DNA from: Catajapyx aquilonaris
Taxonomy: Eukaryota
Reading direction: 5' to 3'
Length of the DNA stretch: 64,000 nt
Assembly (NCBI GenBank): GCA_000934665.2
Contig: KZ538177.1
Location: forward strand, 1-64,000
In this document: positions 11,684-26,068 of the stretch, in pieces
Position numbering within the stretch: the first letter of the stretch is position 1
How the letters are laid out: every line of letters begins with the position of its first letter
Notes under the pieces: model-generated
The model's database searches: none
The model's input: only the letters and a program-made list of their open reading frames with translations
What the model was told of the DNA's origin: nothing
Translations under genes and position numbers: made by a program

Positions 11684-13013
11684 AGCAATTGGTTCATCGG
11701 ATAACTCTAGTTCTGTATCCCCAAAATAAGTTGGATTTCAAGAGCGGGAATAAAATATTTTGTATCCGACAAACACATGCTGTAAGTGACGGGCACTGGA
11801 CAACTACGGCTTCTGACATTTTGTGACCAGGTAGAAATATTGCCAATAATCCTAATCGCAATTGCGTGTCATTTATCGGCAACTTGATGGAAATTGTGGC
11901 ATAAATTCGTTTTCTCACAGACTTAAAAGACGATAGACAAAATCGATGTGACAGTACAGTATAATAAGTGAAAACGACGACATATGCGCGAGTACATGTG
12001 CAGTATAGTGTACATTTATGATAATTTTATGTTCAATAAGCTTTAACTATATACATTGTGAATGTGTGCCCATTAGTACTTATGAATGCACATCGTGCCA
12101 ATATATTGCTGGAACCAATAATTGTTTCGGAGATGTCGACTCAGTATTCTACTGAGTTCGTTTTACACATTTTTGTGCCAGGATGTTACATTGAACTGAA
12201 CTGATTCAGGAACACTAACTTTCGGAAGCCTATGAAGAACAGCAGCCAGCAATCGAACTTTAATAATTAGTATTAATTAAACATTACATTTGTAGCAACT
12301 AGAGCTCCTTAGTGACTAATTTTCGTCATGAATATGCATTATGTACTTACAGCAGATTAAGTAATTACAGAGTAAATAAAATTGACATTCGCATACGTTT
12401 GTTGCATGAATAGCTTCATTATCTAAAATTTATCAAGTTGCCATAATAGATAATGTATAATTTTCCGAAACACAGATGGCAATTGAATGTGGAATATGAT
12501 TTTCCCATAAAGCGTGGGTGGGGAAGTTTCTGTTCTAATATAAAATTATGTTCCCATTTCAGGAAAAATGGCGGGAGCATCTGTGACAGTATTCGACTGA
12601 TCAATCTATGCCGAATCCATTGAACTGTTTTCATCTTATAACCGGTATCCATATAACTGTCTGTATTTTACCTGTACTGTTTACCTGGCCTTGTTACTTC
12701 CATTGCCTTGAGTAAGATTCTTGTTCCCACCAGTGAACCCCACCAGTACAACGAAGGGCAACAACCCGTGTGTTTGACGGACCTCGTTTGTCGGCGTGAT
12801 GTGACACAGAAGCAGACAGCTTAAAGTGAGTGAAACCATTTACACCATGGAGAGTGCAATTATCCGTAAGTGTAATAGAGGCCCTTTTGAACGACTCAAT
12901 TGGACTGTCGTGTGAGGAATGGCCTTCCCCAGTCTCATAACCTCAACGTGAGAAGAATCGACTGATAACATAATGTTTTCCCCAGGCAGAAGACATGAAC
13001 AGCCGACGCCATT

Positions 13014-13312
13014 GTAGTGACCCACGTTGGACGAGTGTTATTGGCGATCTTCAATTGCCTGCATTGGTGGATAGCGGCGCGGTGTCATCTACCATCACTC
13101 TCGCTGTATGGGAGGCCCTTCCGGGAACCCTCCAACCCCCGTTGGAGGTGGAACACCAGGTGACGCTCCGACTGGCGGACAGGGGCAAAGTACAACCGTA
13201 CGGCCGGGTTACTTTACCCGTCATCATCGGCAACGAAACCTTCCAGAAGTCCTTCCTAGTGGTTTCATCATCCGTACTATACCAGTGGTACTTGGAGAAG
13301 ACCTAATTGCTG
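13014..13312 (+). pseudogene. Ty3/Gypsy-type aspartic protease relic
   Basis: ALVDSGAVSS (catalytic DSG) ... LRLADRGKVQPYGRVTLPVIIG ... then a frameshift to PVVLGEDLI (the ILGxD motif). No RT or integrase adjacent. Confidence 0.85.
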
Positions 13313-16300
13313 AACTACTTTGCAACTTCGACTGGAATTTGATGCTGTTCGTCGGTACCATATATTCGGAGGAACATCATCTCCCCAGCCTGCAGTCATT
13401 CCAGGTCCCGTTCCAGATATTTACTCCAATTGGCGAATTGCCTTCCAGTTTGTTGGTCGTCCCTTTGGGAGGCCATTGGATCCTGATAAAACTCTATATG
13501 CATCTGGTATACATACAAGGGCATGCATTACCTACCATATACTAGGTGGCAGCCGATATGGCAGTGGCAGCCACAATGGAAAGATTACATAGGGACCACC
13601 TCACCTTATGGACATGGGCTGTCAAATGTAATGTAGAGTAGGGTTGGTGTCCCAAATAAAAATATTATTAAAATAACTTACTACATAATCATTGTGAAGG
13701 GCAGTAAAATGCAATCGCGTGTGCTGCGACGTATGTTTCAAGCCCATTGAAGCAGTTGGCAACTGAGAGAGACACAGGCTGACGATATTGTACAGCATGG
13801 AGGGGATGTGAAATCATTTCATATGCAGACATGTGGTTACTAAACTCATGGTTTCAACTTGATTTCATCCGAATGCGGCTCTTTCTCATGTAACAATATT
13901 ACGTCGCATTTTTTTCTATTAATATCAAGGCAGAACAAAGAAACGGCAGTACAAAAGTGACTACACATAACTAGGAAACACTGCCAATAGTGCAATGTCG
14001 CATTATGAGTCTGTACTGCACATTTCTGTAATGATTAATGAAAAATAATGATTATAGATACTACTGTCCAATATTATTCTAAGAGGTGTTGGCGGATGCT
14101 ATGGATGATGCTATGGATGTCCCAGGCTGCCTTTTGCACTGGGTCTCCCAACAAATCGGCGGCCACACCAAAGACATGTCCAGTCAGAGAAACATTCCGG
14201 AGGATTGTTCCAACTATAGCGCAGAGAACTGGTTAGAAGACAGTGAAGGATCATCCCAAAAGACCAGCAGACGACGTCAAAAGAAAATAATAAGACAGCT
14301 TTTTTTTTCCAGATTACCACTGTTTTCAGGTAAAGCAACAGCAGTTGATGTAGTCAGTTGATGCTTGTTAGCCAGCGCAGCCATGGCCCATATCACCTCG
14401 CATAATTTCGTATTTCACCGAGTGAGACTGACACTGTTATTAAAGAGTAGAGAAGCTATGTTTCAAGCCCTCAGACTATATTCTGGTTACAACCAGTACC
14501 TGGATGTCGTAGTCTGTGCAACGCCGCTTGTTGTGTTGGGTCTTCAGACGTGGCCTCACTCATCTATTGTCCATCATCAACAAAGCCTTCAACAAAGCCA
14601 ACTTCCAAATAATCATCATCGAGACTAGCACACAAGGCAATTAATTATTCTCAGGCAGGGTTATGCTCTGGGTAATCTTTGATTTGACTAAATCATTGTA
14701 CTTTAAATATTCCAAACGGAAAGGGGGACGAGAGACATGCTCTCAAAAATTGCACCACCACATGTATTCCAGCAAATGCATATAGTATATGAAGGTCCTA
14801 CAGTAAGACTTTCCAGGCTTTTATAATATAAAAATGTACTAGGTACAACAAAGTTGTTGCATTTGAATGGCTTACCATTACTTTTTGCTCCATAAAAAGA
14901 AGGAAAAGCAGGCAAATAAGCAGACATATTATATTACCTCAACTACACGTATGGGAGTGCAGGAATATATCATGTGAGATATGAGGGAAAAAGTGTACGG
15001 GGGAAGAAGAAAGCGCAGGGCTACCCCAAAAAATAAAGACATTTACATTTATGACCACTTTATGAGAAGAAAATTCGCCTGTTGTGATGCCTTTTTCATA
15101 TGACATGACTGCAATAGTGATTCTTAAGGGAAATTGTGGATTATGAGATGGGCTTAGGACCTTCATGAACTCTGACACAGTATAATTTGGGTGGCTAATT
15201 GGAATCTCCTCTCTGACTTTTCAAAATGTTAATACCAGCAGGCCCATTTTAAGAACACCCCCCTTTCATCATGTTTCACACTAAACACCCTTCCAAACTT
15301 TCCTTAAAAAGCTAACAAAATTGAAGAAATATTGCAAATAAAAAAGCAATGCTGTGGCACCTCTGAATTCACACACAGCGTAGCCTGGGCTTCTTTAGTT
15401 TTTGTGTGGTGCATTGTGTAAAGGTCTACAAATACATACGTGTTATATCTCACTTGATGTCAGATATTATGTTCTCTATGAAATATTACTGCAATATTAA
15501 ATTCTCATTTTCTTCACAAACTCATTATGACATAACATACACTAAACAGCCATGCAAAGAAGTTCATGCCTCCTTGGAACATCAAACATTGACATTATTA
15601 AGAAAAAGCCAAAGCGACTCTGGCTATCTGGCTCTAAAAAAAACTCAGTTGATTTACCTTGTGACATACCTTTACCAACCCTTGTAAACAACCCACGAAA
15701 AGACTTCAGTTGCCACAATAGCTGACCAATCAACAGAGACAAAATTAGCAACCTCTGCACAACCCTACATCAACCAAAGTGTTTACCACCAGTCTTTGTA
15801 ATGTACAAGTGATTATGATTACACAGTAAGCATAATTTGAAAACTATACATGCAAGCCAGATATAGGCCTACTATTCTGGCCATCAGGCTCATCTATATT
15901 CATCAATGTCCAACAACGTCGCTGGACGTGTTCTTGTGTGGAACATTCCATTAGGCCTGTTTTTACCACAACAACAGCAGCACTTAGGCTCCCTCCGACA
16001 ATTACGAGCAGGGCATTGATAAACACGACCACCACAGGCACCATTATTAAACAGTCGACTCAACCGTCATTGCAAAACTTATATATTACATGTCACGTCG
16101 TATTACCTTTTTGGCTCACGGACCTTACCTATTTTTTTGTAGTGAACTCTTCCCTTCTAGCCTTGGGATTATTTTCTTGTAAAGTGCTTTTATCACGAGC
16201 TGGTTAATCGGTTGGCAGCTAGGAGCAGGAAGCGTGGGCTCATTTTGGGCAACCGGTGTTAAATTATATCGTACTTGTTACACCTTGGTTTAGGCGCTCG

Positions 16301-17779
16301 TACATCTGACCTGTTTGTATTTGGGTCATTCTCCCTCTGCCACCTTCCCGGATCCAGATGATCCTTAGGAAACGGAGATAAGGCCGGATTCCTTGGATGG
16401 AACATAAAATGCGAAACGAATCGAAGCAAAGAAAGCAACATCGATACGTTGACTGTGACGTCACATTTTCGAACCTGAACTTGATCTGCAACCTACGGAA
16501 GATGCAGACGATGTTGACGAAGAGGTGAGGTCAACTTCTCGAAACTATATGCACCAGACGCATTCCAGTTCGACAACATTGCTCGTGTCATGAGGAAAGA
16601 CATCTTGAGCCAAGAGAAAAAGGTTCAAGCCATTGTGATAGGTAGATTATTATTGAATTTCAACAATGTAGCCTACATATTTTAAAATTGCAATCTTCAC
16701 TTGATCTTTTTCTCGTGTAGATACCGTCAACAGCAAGTAGTACGCCCTCATTCTATGTTGCAAGAAGTATTTACAATTGCTGCTGTTTGACAATTTCATC
16801 ATTCACTGCTAAGACTTCTTTCCACGGGACTGCTATTTCCCTAATGCAATTTCTTGAGGAAAGCACACCTGGTATATGAGGCAGATTCTGTGGTTGAATA
16901 GTCTGGGTGACTTTACTGCTAATTAACTCACTTGATTCTAGGTCTGCCGCAGAAGGAAGTAACTGAGTATGCAGTTAACTTCTCATGCACTATGCAGTTG
17001 TAAAACCCAGCTTCTTGACTGGAAAATCTTGGGAATATTTTTGCAACAGAGAAATGCACAGTGACAACTTTGTTGACTTCTTATCATTGCAATGCCAAGA
17101 ATCATAATGGCTAATGCAATGCAGCAGCACAAGTAGGCAACACTCGAACCCTAACCGATCAGGAGCACAGCGCCTCCTGACATGGAAGCCTCAGATGAAC
17201 CCTTACTCCTTGTTCAGGCTGCAGTTCAGCCAAAGAGGAAAAGGATACACAAGGCTACGTAGAGGAAGTAATGAATAGTGAGTCTAAGACCAAACCATCA
17301 CAAACCCTTTATGACTCCGTCGCGTAGGTGACATTCACTAAGAATTTTCCCAAGACGTGGCGAGGAGAATCTTCACAGAAGAATGGAATTGGAGGAGGAA
17401 GTTAGCCCACAAATCGGGTGACGCAGCAGAGGTCTCTACTTCTGAAGGTAAAAGAGGCCAGGAAACGGACACAGACTCGACGTAGATCAGCCTGAGCCGG
17501 ATATAACTGAACTTATGCGAGAGTTTGACACCGTTTGGATCCACCTGGACAAGGACGGCGAAGAGGCATACGACATCGATACTCTGATGAACCAAGTTTA
17601 CTTCACTGACCGCCTGATGTCCCCAATCCCCCCTACCCCACCCCGACACAGTATTTTCTCCCCTCCAGAAGCCATATGTGCGATAATAAAAGGATTTTTA
17701 TCGTAAGAAATAATAATTCAGCAGGAAAGGTTACTGTAACGACAAAGACGTGCCACAAAAGCCAGAAATAATGACGACA

Positions 17780-17915
17780 AGCGACAAACTATCTTGAAAA
17801 GGGGTATGACTATTTTGAGCCAAAGTTGGCGCAAGAGAGTCACATAACACCTGAAAAACACAAGGGTGTGCTTAAATTGTTGGAAAAGCAGTTTGGAGAG
17901 AAATGGTGCGAAAGG
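17780..17915 (+). pseudogene. Possible DNA-transposase C-terminal relic (Sola-like)
   Basis: Frameshifted QTILKRG..FEPKLAQESHITPEKHKGVLKLLEKQFGEKW resembles the K..DV.KLL..HFG..W C-terminus I recall from insect Sola-like transposases. Short match. Confidence 0.3.
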
Positions 17916-18708
17916 GAGGTATTTGCAGCTATACAGATGGGAAGTTGTTAGCGCTCCCTAACTTTGTGATTGCAATGAGGAGGCACGGGGGTCAACGTTT
18001 AATCATCAGAATGTCAGCCATGAAAATAATAAACATGATAATGTACTGCTCTGCTCTCCAAACTAAAAAGGATGACGCCACTGGCCCCATTTTAAAGCTC
18101 ATTTTGAACTTGTTCGAACATTTGATGAAATTGCTCGGACTTGAAATGTGCTACCTGTAGAGATACCATAATAATACACTTCCGTGAGGGATAAGTTACA
18201 CATATGACGTTCGCCATTAATTCCATACCGGTAACTGCAGGTCCTGTAGCATTTAAGCTTACATCCGATGAAAAAGTAGCCTGCTGACAGGGCATCACAA
18301 ATCTACAAGTCATACAGTCTAGCGCCCAGAATAAGAGTGTCCCAGAGAGAGGAGATAACAACTCCTCCATTTAGTGTACACCTCATTAGGTTTGTTGAAG
18401 ATTGCATCGTAGATGAATGTGGAAGATTTAATATTCCTTTCTACCCCTTGCGCTGTCAGGTACATGTAATATGAGGGCGCCCCTAAATTTGATCTCAGTA
18501 CAATATTATTAGCGCCTGTAGATAGGCAACCACGCATCAGCGGAGCAAATCCTTATGGGAAAGGGCCTAACTTGACCTGGAATAAAACATATCCCACACT
18601 CACCGACGCCACTCACCGACGCAATTTTTTTCGTGCAGAAGGTGATTAACTTCACGCGGCATTATATCCTCGATTGTTGTTTAACACCACAAGGAGACAT
18701 CATGATTG

Positions 18709-19050
18709 TTCTAAAGGATTGTAAGGTCATGGATGGAGAGAGACTGGTATGGGTTCAGAGCGTGGAAAGAGTTAAAGATATAAAGGAGATGTATTCGAAG
18801 TTACTAGATGTTAGGAAAAGAGGGGGGCTGTGTCGGTATCTTCATGCGCTTGTCAATAAACGAAGAGATAAAGTGGTTCGTAGTCAGGGTTCATGTGTGA
18901 GATGAAGTTAAATTTATTATTATTATTATTATTTTATTGAAATTTTGTTATGATGATGTTTTTGATGTGTTGATGTTTTGATGTGCTAGGTCGGCAAAGT
19001 GGCAGTTGCTGCAGCCGACCTAATGAAATAAATAAAGCTGATGAATGAAT
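18709..19050 (+). mobile_element. 5'-truncated LINE (ORF2 C-terminus, 3'UTR, (GAAT)n tail)
   Basis: 13-bp TSD GACATCATGATTG at 18696-18708 and 19051-19063. Reading frame (V)LKDC... fits the end of a CCHC knuckle, with a stop at 18905. 3' stem-loop TAGGTCGGC..GCCGACCTA, then AATAAA and a GAATGAAT tail. Confidence 0.85.
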
Positions 19051-19493
19051 GACATCATGATTGGCTAATTGCCTCCGATGCATGACGAGAGCTTGTCATG
19101 AAATGACTACTTCCGGTTAATGAGGAATATTTCTACTCATATAGTAAATCATGTACCGTTAGGTAACATTAATGAACTGTTAATAACACAGGCAGAGCGA
19201 CACACTGATCCGTCAGGTGGGAAAGTGACGACAGCGAATCCTACACCATGGTCAGTATTCAATAGCATAATACACAAACCGTGTCATCTGTAATTAATAT
19301 GACTTTGTGCCTTTTACAACATGCAGCATGGATTAAATTAATTTAGTCATTCATCTCCTGGGGTGAAGTAGCTGACAGAGGCAACAGACTTAAGTTTGGC
19401 GACTTTGTTCAGCCAGTGAAACGAGTGAGGATTACTTCATAAGTGAACATGTGGTGACTATTAAGGAGTTTATTGGACTTTCCCAGCCATTAA

Positions 19494-20257
19494 AGGAAGG
19501 GTTCAGTGATTTTGCATGTTGAGCTTCAAAAATCGAGCAGTACTCTCTGATTCTGAATATCCGGTCCGTTTTGGTAGCAAAATGCACCATAAGCGTAAAA
19601 TTTCAAGTCAAAGTTGATTTTTTTGAAAATCAGCGCCGAACACGGGTTCCCTCTAGCGGCAGCGATGGAAGATCCCACATACAACCAAGATGTCCGCCCC
19701 CATAGCGACAAACCATGTGCAAGCCAGGTTTTTGTGTTTTCGACCCGAGCGGAACCCGCCCCGGGTGCCAAGGGCCATGGGAATGCAGGGGAGGATGAGA
19801 AGGGGAGGCAGAGTGGGAGAGAGAGGTGCCAGTGGTCGGACCATGTGACAGAGTGATGGCCACGACGGGATACTTCCGTATCAGCTCGAGACTTACCAAG
19901 GCGGGTAGTGTCGCGAGGTATAATCCGGAGATAGAGAGGAGGAACACATTGCCCACATCTTGGCTGCATGTGACGGCGTCGAAGGAAGGGCCAAGTGATT
20001 CATCCACGACTAGTTCAAAAATTGACTTCGCGGGTAAGCCAACGTCAGCCCTGGCATGTTACTGGGATCTCCGCGGGTGGCGCTAGCTGTACGCTTACCG
20101 TATCGAATACAGTAGCGGAGATTGACTTTCACCTAACAGCATTTGCTTATGCGGCGTCATATTTAAAAACTGACCACATTTTTGGAATCAGGGAGTCTAC
20201 CTTGATCTTTGAAGCCCAACATGCAAAATCACTGAACCTTACACTCAGCCCTTACAC
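19494..20257. mobile_element. Non-autonomous DNA transposon, Kolobok-like
   Basis: Left end TTAA|AGGAAGGGTTCAGTGATTTTGCATGTTGAGCTTCAAA is matched by TTTGAAGCCCAACATGCAAAATCACTGAACC near 20208-20238. Imperfect inverted similarity over ~100 bp and TTAA at 20258. The right terminus is degenerate. Confidence 0.6.
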
Positions 20258-20819
20258 TTAAAAAAATACACAAAATCAACTGCAACAATCAAAAACCTCA
20301 GTATACAGAGGTATTCAGAGTACAGAGGTGGTCCAGAGCGCACCACCCGGGAGGCATTACGACCAGTTTGCCATATTGTAGGGAATGCGAGTCCTAGGAA
20401 AAGGAGGAAGGTCAAACCAATCTGAGGCAGTCAAAGACGTGGCCTACAAAACATATAGGGGCATGGGCCTAGGGCAAAAGGTTCGCTTGAAAGGGGTGTA
20501 CAAGTGGTATATCCTGTCGGCTGACGTCCTTTACGAGTTAACAACAAAAGGTGTAAAAGTACTTCGTACACTGGTAAACGCCAATTATCACATCCTGGTG
20601 ACCCAAGTATATCCCAGCCTGATCGCATGTGGTTACTGAGCACGTACTTTCAACATGGTTATATACGAATCCAAATTAATAATATATCATATAATATTAA
20701 TATTAATATTTATATTAATAACAAGGGAGATCATTGAATCTACAGTAGTGAATTAACGAGGCTCTTCTTGCCTCACTGCAAGGAGAAAAATAAACCTCTT
20801 CTTCCGCGTGGAGCGTAGA

Positions 20820-20945
20820 GTATTGAACCACTCCGTGAGACTTCTCGGATTACACATCGACGCCAAACTCTCCTGGTTCCCCCACATCAAGAAGACGGCT
20901 GCGAAGGTACACGGCATATCATCCCGGCTGCCAGTCCTTCTCTCC
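20820..20945 (+). pseudogene. LINE reverse-transcriptase fragment
   Basis: SVRLLGLHIDAKLSWFPHIKKTAAK matches the (K/R)YLG..D.KL.W..HI motif of non-LTR RT domain 7/thumb. Confidence 0.8.
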
Positions 20946-22433
20946 GAACAGGGAGTGATCGACGGGTCAATCGCCCGAAAAAAAAAAAAATTATGATCGA
21001 GTTTCTACCAAAGAAGTCCATTCGGCCTCAGGTTCGTACTTGATATATGACTATGACATAGAGGCCATTGTACGTGTTGTGCGACGTAAGGCATGTGAGC
21101 CACACCAAGGAACAGCTGCTAGAAGACATGCATGGCGCACTTGAGCGGGGCCTGGGGAACAAATTTACAATCAACAATCGGCAGCATGAAATAATATGAG
21201 GAGGACACAGTGGCAGAACGGGACATCACTGCGTCACAAGAGAGTGCAACATGGGGTGTGACCAAAACATGCCGTAACTACCCATCCCAGTTGAAGTTAT
21301 GAAGATGTAACATATTTTACATTTCTATAGTAAATTTATTTATTCCATTAATTTATATTTGTTGCCACACTATTAATATTGCAATTACGAAGACATCAAG
21401 AACGACATGAGCTGGTCTACAGCATATTGTACGAAATAAATGTACGACCATGAATGACACTCCCTGTTATGATAGGGCCCTCGACGCCCTTTTGCGGCCC
21501 TCGAGCATGCTCTCTGAGTAAGACACGTTTACTGAATGTCAACAATAGCTGCCAGTTGACAACCTGATAGTCATGCCAATTGGCCAACAATAATTATTAT
21601 ACAGCTCCCCCTTTCAGCGGGGAATTACACGGTTATCAACTGTTATCATACAGGATTTCACCCTTATGTATCATTTTTAATGGGCTCTATTACCGTGCCT
21701 CAAATACTCCAAACTAAAAGTAGGAAGTGGGAGATGATCTCAAATATTAGAGTAGTGCATACATTCGTAAAGGACATGTAGTAGGCCTACCTTATCAGAG
21801 CAATACATTCGAGTGTGCTGCTTCATAACTTTCCAAATATGATAGGCTACTAATTATTTCAAACATTAGATACAGTTGCATCGTAAATAATCCAAATGCT
21901 GTCCGGCTTGGGTGGCCCTGCCAATAGATGAAGTTACTGCTAAAGTTCAAGCAAGATAGAACAAGCTGATAGAACAAGCTAGTATTTTATAACACAACAA
22001 CTACAGTACGCTGCTGCCATGCTTTTTGGTATGTAGGGTTATTTAATAAACACATGACGCCTGGAAAATGAACTGAATCCAAAACTGTATCCAAAAATTT
22101 ATGACAAAATGACGCGACGTAAACAATAAGTTCGCACCTGGATGCGACATGTGAAAACACTTATCTCCTAAAATAACTTGACAGTACAGCACACTTGCAA
22201 CTTATTTTTGCTTTCCCAAACTGTTAAAATTTTCACTGAACAGTATATCCTCAGAAACTGGATCATCTCCCAACAATTGCAACTGCATGAACCCCTGACA
22301 GATATTCCTTTACAAACATTGTGTCGACACAGTGTTCCTTCTTCACTCTTATCTGATCCTACTTGCAGTGGCAGTAACACGGCCTCTGACCATATACGAT
22401 ATTTTGCTGAAAAGACACCATTGAGGCTCTTAA

Positions 22434-23016
22434 CTCTTAGTTAGTGCGGTGGAAAAATTCACTTAACTAGTGCGGTGGGGGGCAAATGACCCCCAGACTA
22501 AAATTATTTATTTCTAACTTTGCATTCCAGGATAATAAATTTTTAAAAATAGCATCAGATGCAACACTTCATTAGAAATGTCATTATCTACTCTCCCACA
22601 TTGTATCTCATGTTTTTATGTAGTTAAAAAATCCAGAAAAACATGCTGCATATTCCTTCAAAAGCAGTCCTCATGTCCACTCTGGTAACACTGTAAATTG
22701 TAATAATCCGAAAAAAGGTTCCCTAAGTACCCTCCATGCCCTTATCAGTTGCTACTGATAGGACGCCAGTTCCCCCACGACCTCTCTTTCTAGCCTGTAG
22801 CCGCGTTGCCGAATTTTCGGAAAATTCATCTTCTTGGGTTTTTTATTATTACAATTTTACTAACATAGATTAAAATAAGTGAAAAATACTATAGTTGCAG
22901 AAATATTTTATTGACAATTAGAAAAATTCCTAAGGAGATCGGACTGTTTTAAATGCCTTTTATATGCAAAAATGAGGCCTTGGGGGTCAGTTGCCCCCCA
23001 CCGCACTAACTAAGAG
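22434..23016. mobile_element. piggyBac-like MITE (TTAA TSD)
   Basis: TTAA|CTCTTAGTTAGTGCGGTGG ... CCACCGCACTAACTAAGAG|TTAA. Subterminal inverted repeat TAGTGCGGTGGGGGGCAA.TGACCCC with an asymmetric spacer. Confidence 0.9.
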
Positions 23017-24349
23017 TTAACAGATGCGTTCCCGCACACCCAAGACGGCAGAAGTCACAAGCGAAACTGCAACGGCGAAGCCATCAAACTGCTGATGATA
23101 TGCCATGATATGACTGCTTTCGGTTCACTGATTTCGAGAGAAAAATATATCCCTGCATGACCACGTAAAACCAGCCACTCAAAAGGCGAGGCGAAGAGAA
23201 TTTTGTCGCTCTTTCCAGTGCAGACAGGTTATTCTGAACCATTTAACATGGGTCCTTCCTACACGTAGGATCCTCACTGTCGCAACATGAAGTGAAACTA
23301 CATCTATTTCTCCTAAGAACATGAGCAATATAACATAGTTTGACTCTTGATTTCGTTGCAGTTACGAACATGTAGTATACTTACATTTCTTATGTCATTT
23401 TTATTTAATCAGGTTATTAATTTTTCTCGTGACGTAATGGCGAACTACCGTATGATACAGACGAGGCCATCGGCGCCCATCAGCGTGGAGACGTCCGCAT
23501 CAGTCTTGACGAGCCAGCAGGTGAGCTAAGCGGCCAGAGTACAGGAAGCCATCGCAAGCCAGAAGAGTGGCAAGAAAGTATGGGATGATGAAGTATGTTT
23601 CAAGCCCAGCGAAGAAGTTGGCAAAGAGGATAGACATACAGTACGTTGGCGACATTGTTCTGAATGAAGGTTGGGAAAATGATGGCATTTCATATGCAGA
23701 CATGTAGTTACTGAGCACATAGTTTCAGCTTGATTCTATCCGAATGCATGAAAAACGGCTCTTTCTCACATAATAATATCAAGGTGGAACGGAAAAAAAT
23801 CCAGTAGGGAAGCCCATAGAAGAGCATTTTCCACCGGATGCATTAGCTGAAGAGCCCCTTTTTCCAAATAACTTTGCGGACTATTTTTCTATCACCATAT
23901 TACCGTAGATCTCACTTTTTCGGACACACTACTTAACAATATGCACGCTGGCCTAAAAAGAACTTTCTTTTCTGAAGGTCCACTAAGCAAAGTAAAACAT
24001 CCAAAGAAGAAAAACCAGTCCCTCATCCTTGACCCCACGAAAAGAAAAAAAAAAAAAAACAAAACCCGACCAACAACCATACGGGCTGGACCTCCAAAAA
24101 CCAAGAAAGAAGGGTCAAAGCTAGAACCAAAACAACTTATCAACCCAATTTAGTTTGAATCTTGTTGACCGGTTGACCATCACGCATTTCCTTACCCACT
24201 TGACCAGAGTGGAGCACTAAATGAAGGAAAATACTATCAATCGGGATCAAAATATGAACCCAGATCTATAATAGGTCAATCTATAAGCAAAGAAATATGC
24301 ATAGGGTGATACTGAGCAATGTGCAGTAATTCTAGAAAACAAGGTATAA

Positions 24350-24836
24350 GGTACCTGCACCAAATAAGGCCCACCTAACAGATAACAATTTTTCACACCA
24401 GTCCCAGTAAATGTTGATCATTTATTTGACTGTATGGACAGATACATCATGTAAGGCCCACCACGATGTTAACTGGGCCTTATTACGAACGCAGGAGCCA
24501 TTCAGCAGGTGACCTGAATTACCTAAAGGGAACTGTTTTAATCCTCTGTGCCACTACGACAGCTATCCTCAGTCGCTCAGGTTTCTGTACGGCGTAGCAC
24601 GTCGCACTTGTGTTATATCCAGGCTTTTCTCAGGGCGCAAAATTACAACGCAGCTGTTTCTGTGGCCTCTCGACAATGACTGGCTAAATTCATGGACCAA
24701 TGTGTACTGCACGAGCGTGCCCTTTACCGAACTGTACTCACTTTTTTATGCATAATCGACCTCTGGATATCATCTTGCGTTACGAGCTCAAATTAACAGA
24801 GATATCAATACTGGGCCTTATTTGGTAACCCTATGC
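24350..24836. mobile_element. Degenerate MITE with repeated inverted AATAAGGCCCA motifs
   Basis: ACCAAATAAGGCCCA (24359) versus TGGGCCTTATTTGGT (24812). TAAGGCCCACC occurs twice and CTGGGCCTTAT twice. Ends are uncertain. Confidence 0.5.
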
Positions 24837-25921
24837 GTTTTTTCATAAGAAAATGGATGCCGATATTATAATTCTGACTTCATATTCACAATCAGCGCCT
24901 ACTAATACATGAGAGAGACCAAAAATGGCGTCTGACACAAAACCCAATGTTGCCCAATAAATTAATGATATTTATTGAGCTATGTAATGAGGCCTACTCT
25001 CGGGAAAGTAAGGCCAGTTACAAGAAAATGGATGCCGATATTGAAATGTCGACTTCAACTTCGGTGTCACTCCATACCAATTACACAATAAGACGTGAAA
25101 ATGGCGCAATTAACAAAACCATCGCTGACCATATATTAGTCATATTGAGCAATGTGCAGTGTACTTTCCGCAAAATAAATGTCTGTGATGGACGCTATCT
25201 AATTTCATATTCGGAATCAGCTCAAAATGAGCTAAAACAATAGTTAATGTGCCAAAATCATTGTTGACTAGTGATTCTTATTTCCTGTCCACAACTTGCC
25301 TCATAGTAAATAGCTGCAAATCGCAACAAACGTCTCAGGAGTTATGAAAATCGCTCTTGCGTGTACTGTACGTGTCGGAGTCAAGGCTACCGCGGCCAGG
25401 TTGGTCACCGTGTGCATCACACCGAATATGACAAAAATTTTGACTAAAGTGTGACTCAGTTTTGTATTTAATATCATTACACTCGTGCATTACACAAATC
25501 AGAAATCACTGCTGGCACAATAAGTCACTGTTTCCTCAAAGCAGAGTAATTAATTTCACCGTCATCGCAATCTAATTTCTACGAGCCACTTCCGAGCAAC
25601 TATCTCATGATATCCAAAGACACACATTTTACTTCTTGAATAATTAACAGAGCTAACGGATGCTGTCTTCGCACCAAACAGTGCACCTGATGTATCTCAA
25701 TACATTTCCCCGCCTACCGATGACTTAACATTAATCCTGCTGACTCAAGAAACCGGGAGAACCTGATGTCGTCAAGGTAATGCAGTTGCAACATATGCAT
25801 TAACTCGCCACCAATAATAATTGTGAAATTAAACCGCAACATTTTAACAGAGGGTGGATTTTAAAAACACCGAGCCTGAAGTAGGAGTAAGCTGAAGAGG
25901 AACATGTAGTACACTGTACGG

Positions 25922-26068
25922 TTTGGTTTGGTTTATTAGGAAGAAGCCAAAGCAACTGTGGCTATCTGGCTGTAAGAAGAAGCAAAGGTGGGACAGATGG
26001 AGAGAGAAACAAAGAGGAAAAGGAAGAGAGGAAAGACTGGTATCTCTCTTAGTCTGTCTCCTATCCCA
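25922..26068 (-). mobile_element. 5'-truncated copy of the structured-head SINE
   Basis: Near-identical to 42235-42382. TSD AGTACACTGTACGG at 25908-25921 and 26069-26082. (CCAAA)n tail on the minus strand. Confidence 0.92.

Noticed and set aside
20350..20460. LINE RT thumb fragment (VKDVAYKT)
   Set aside because: Suggestive, but too short and degenerate to call.
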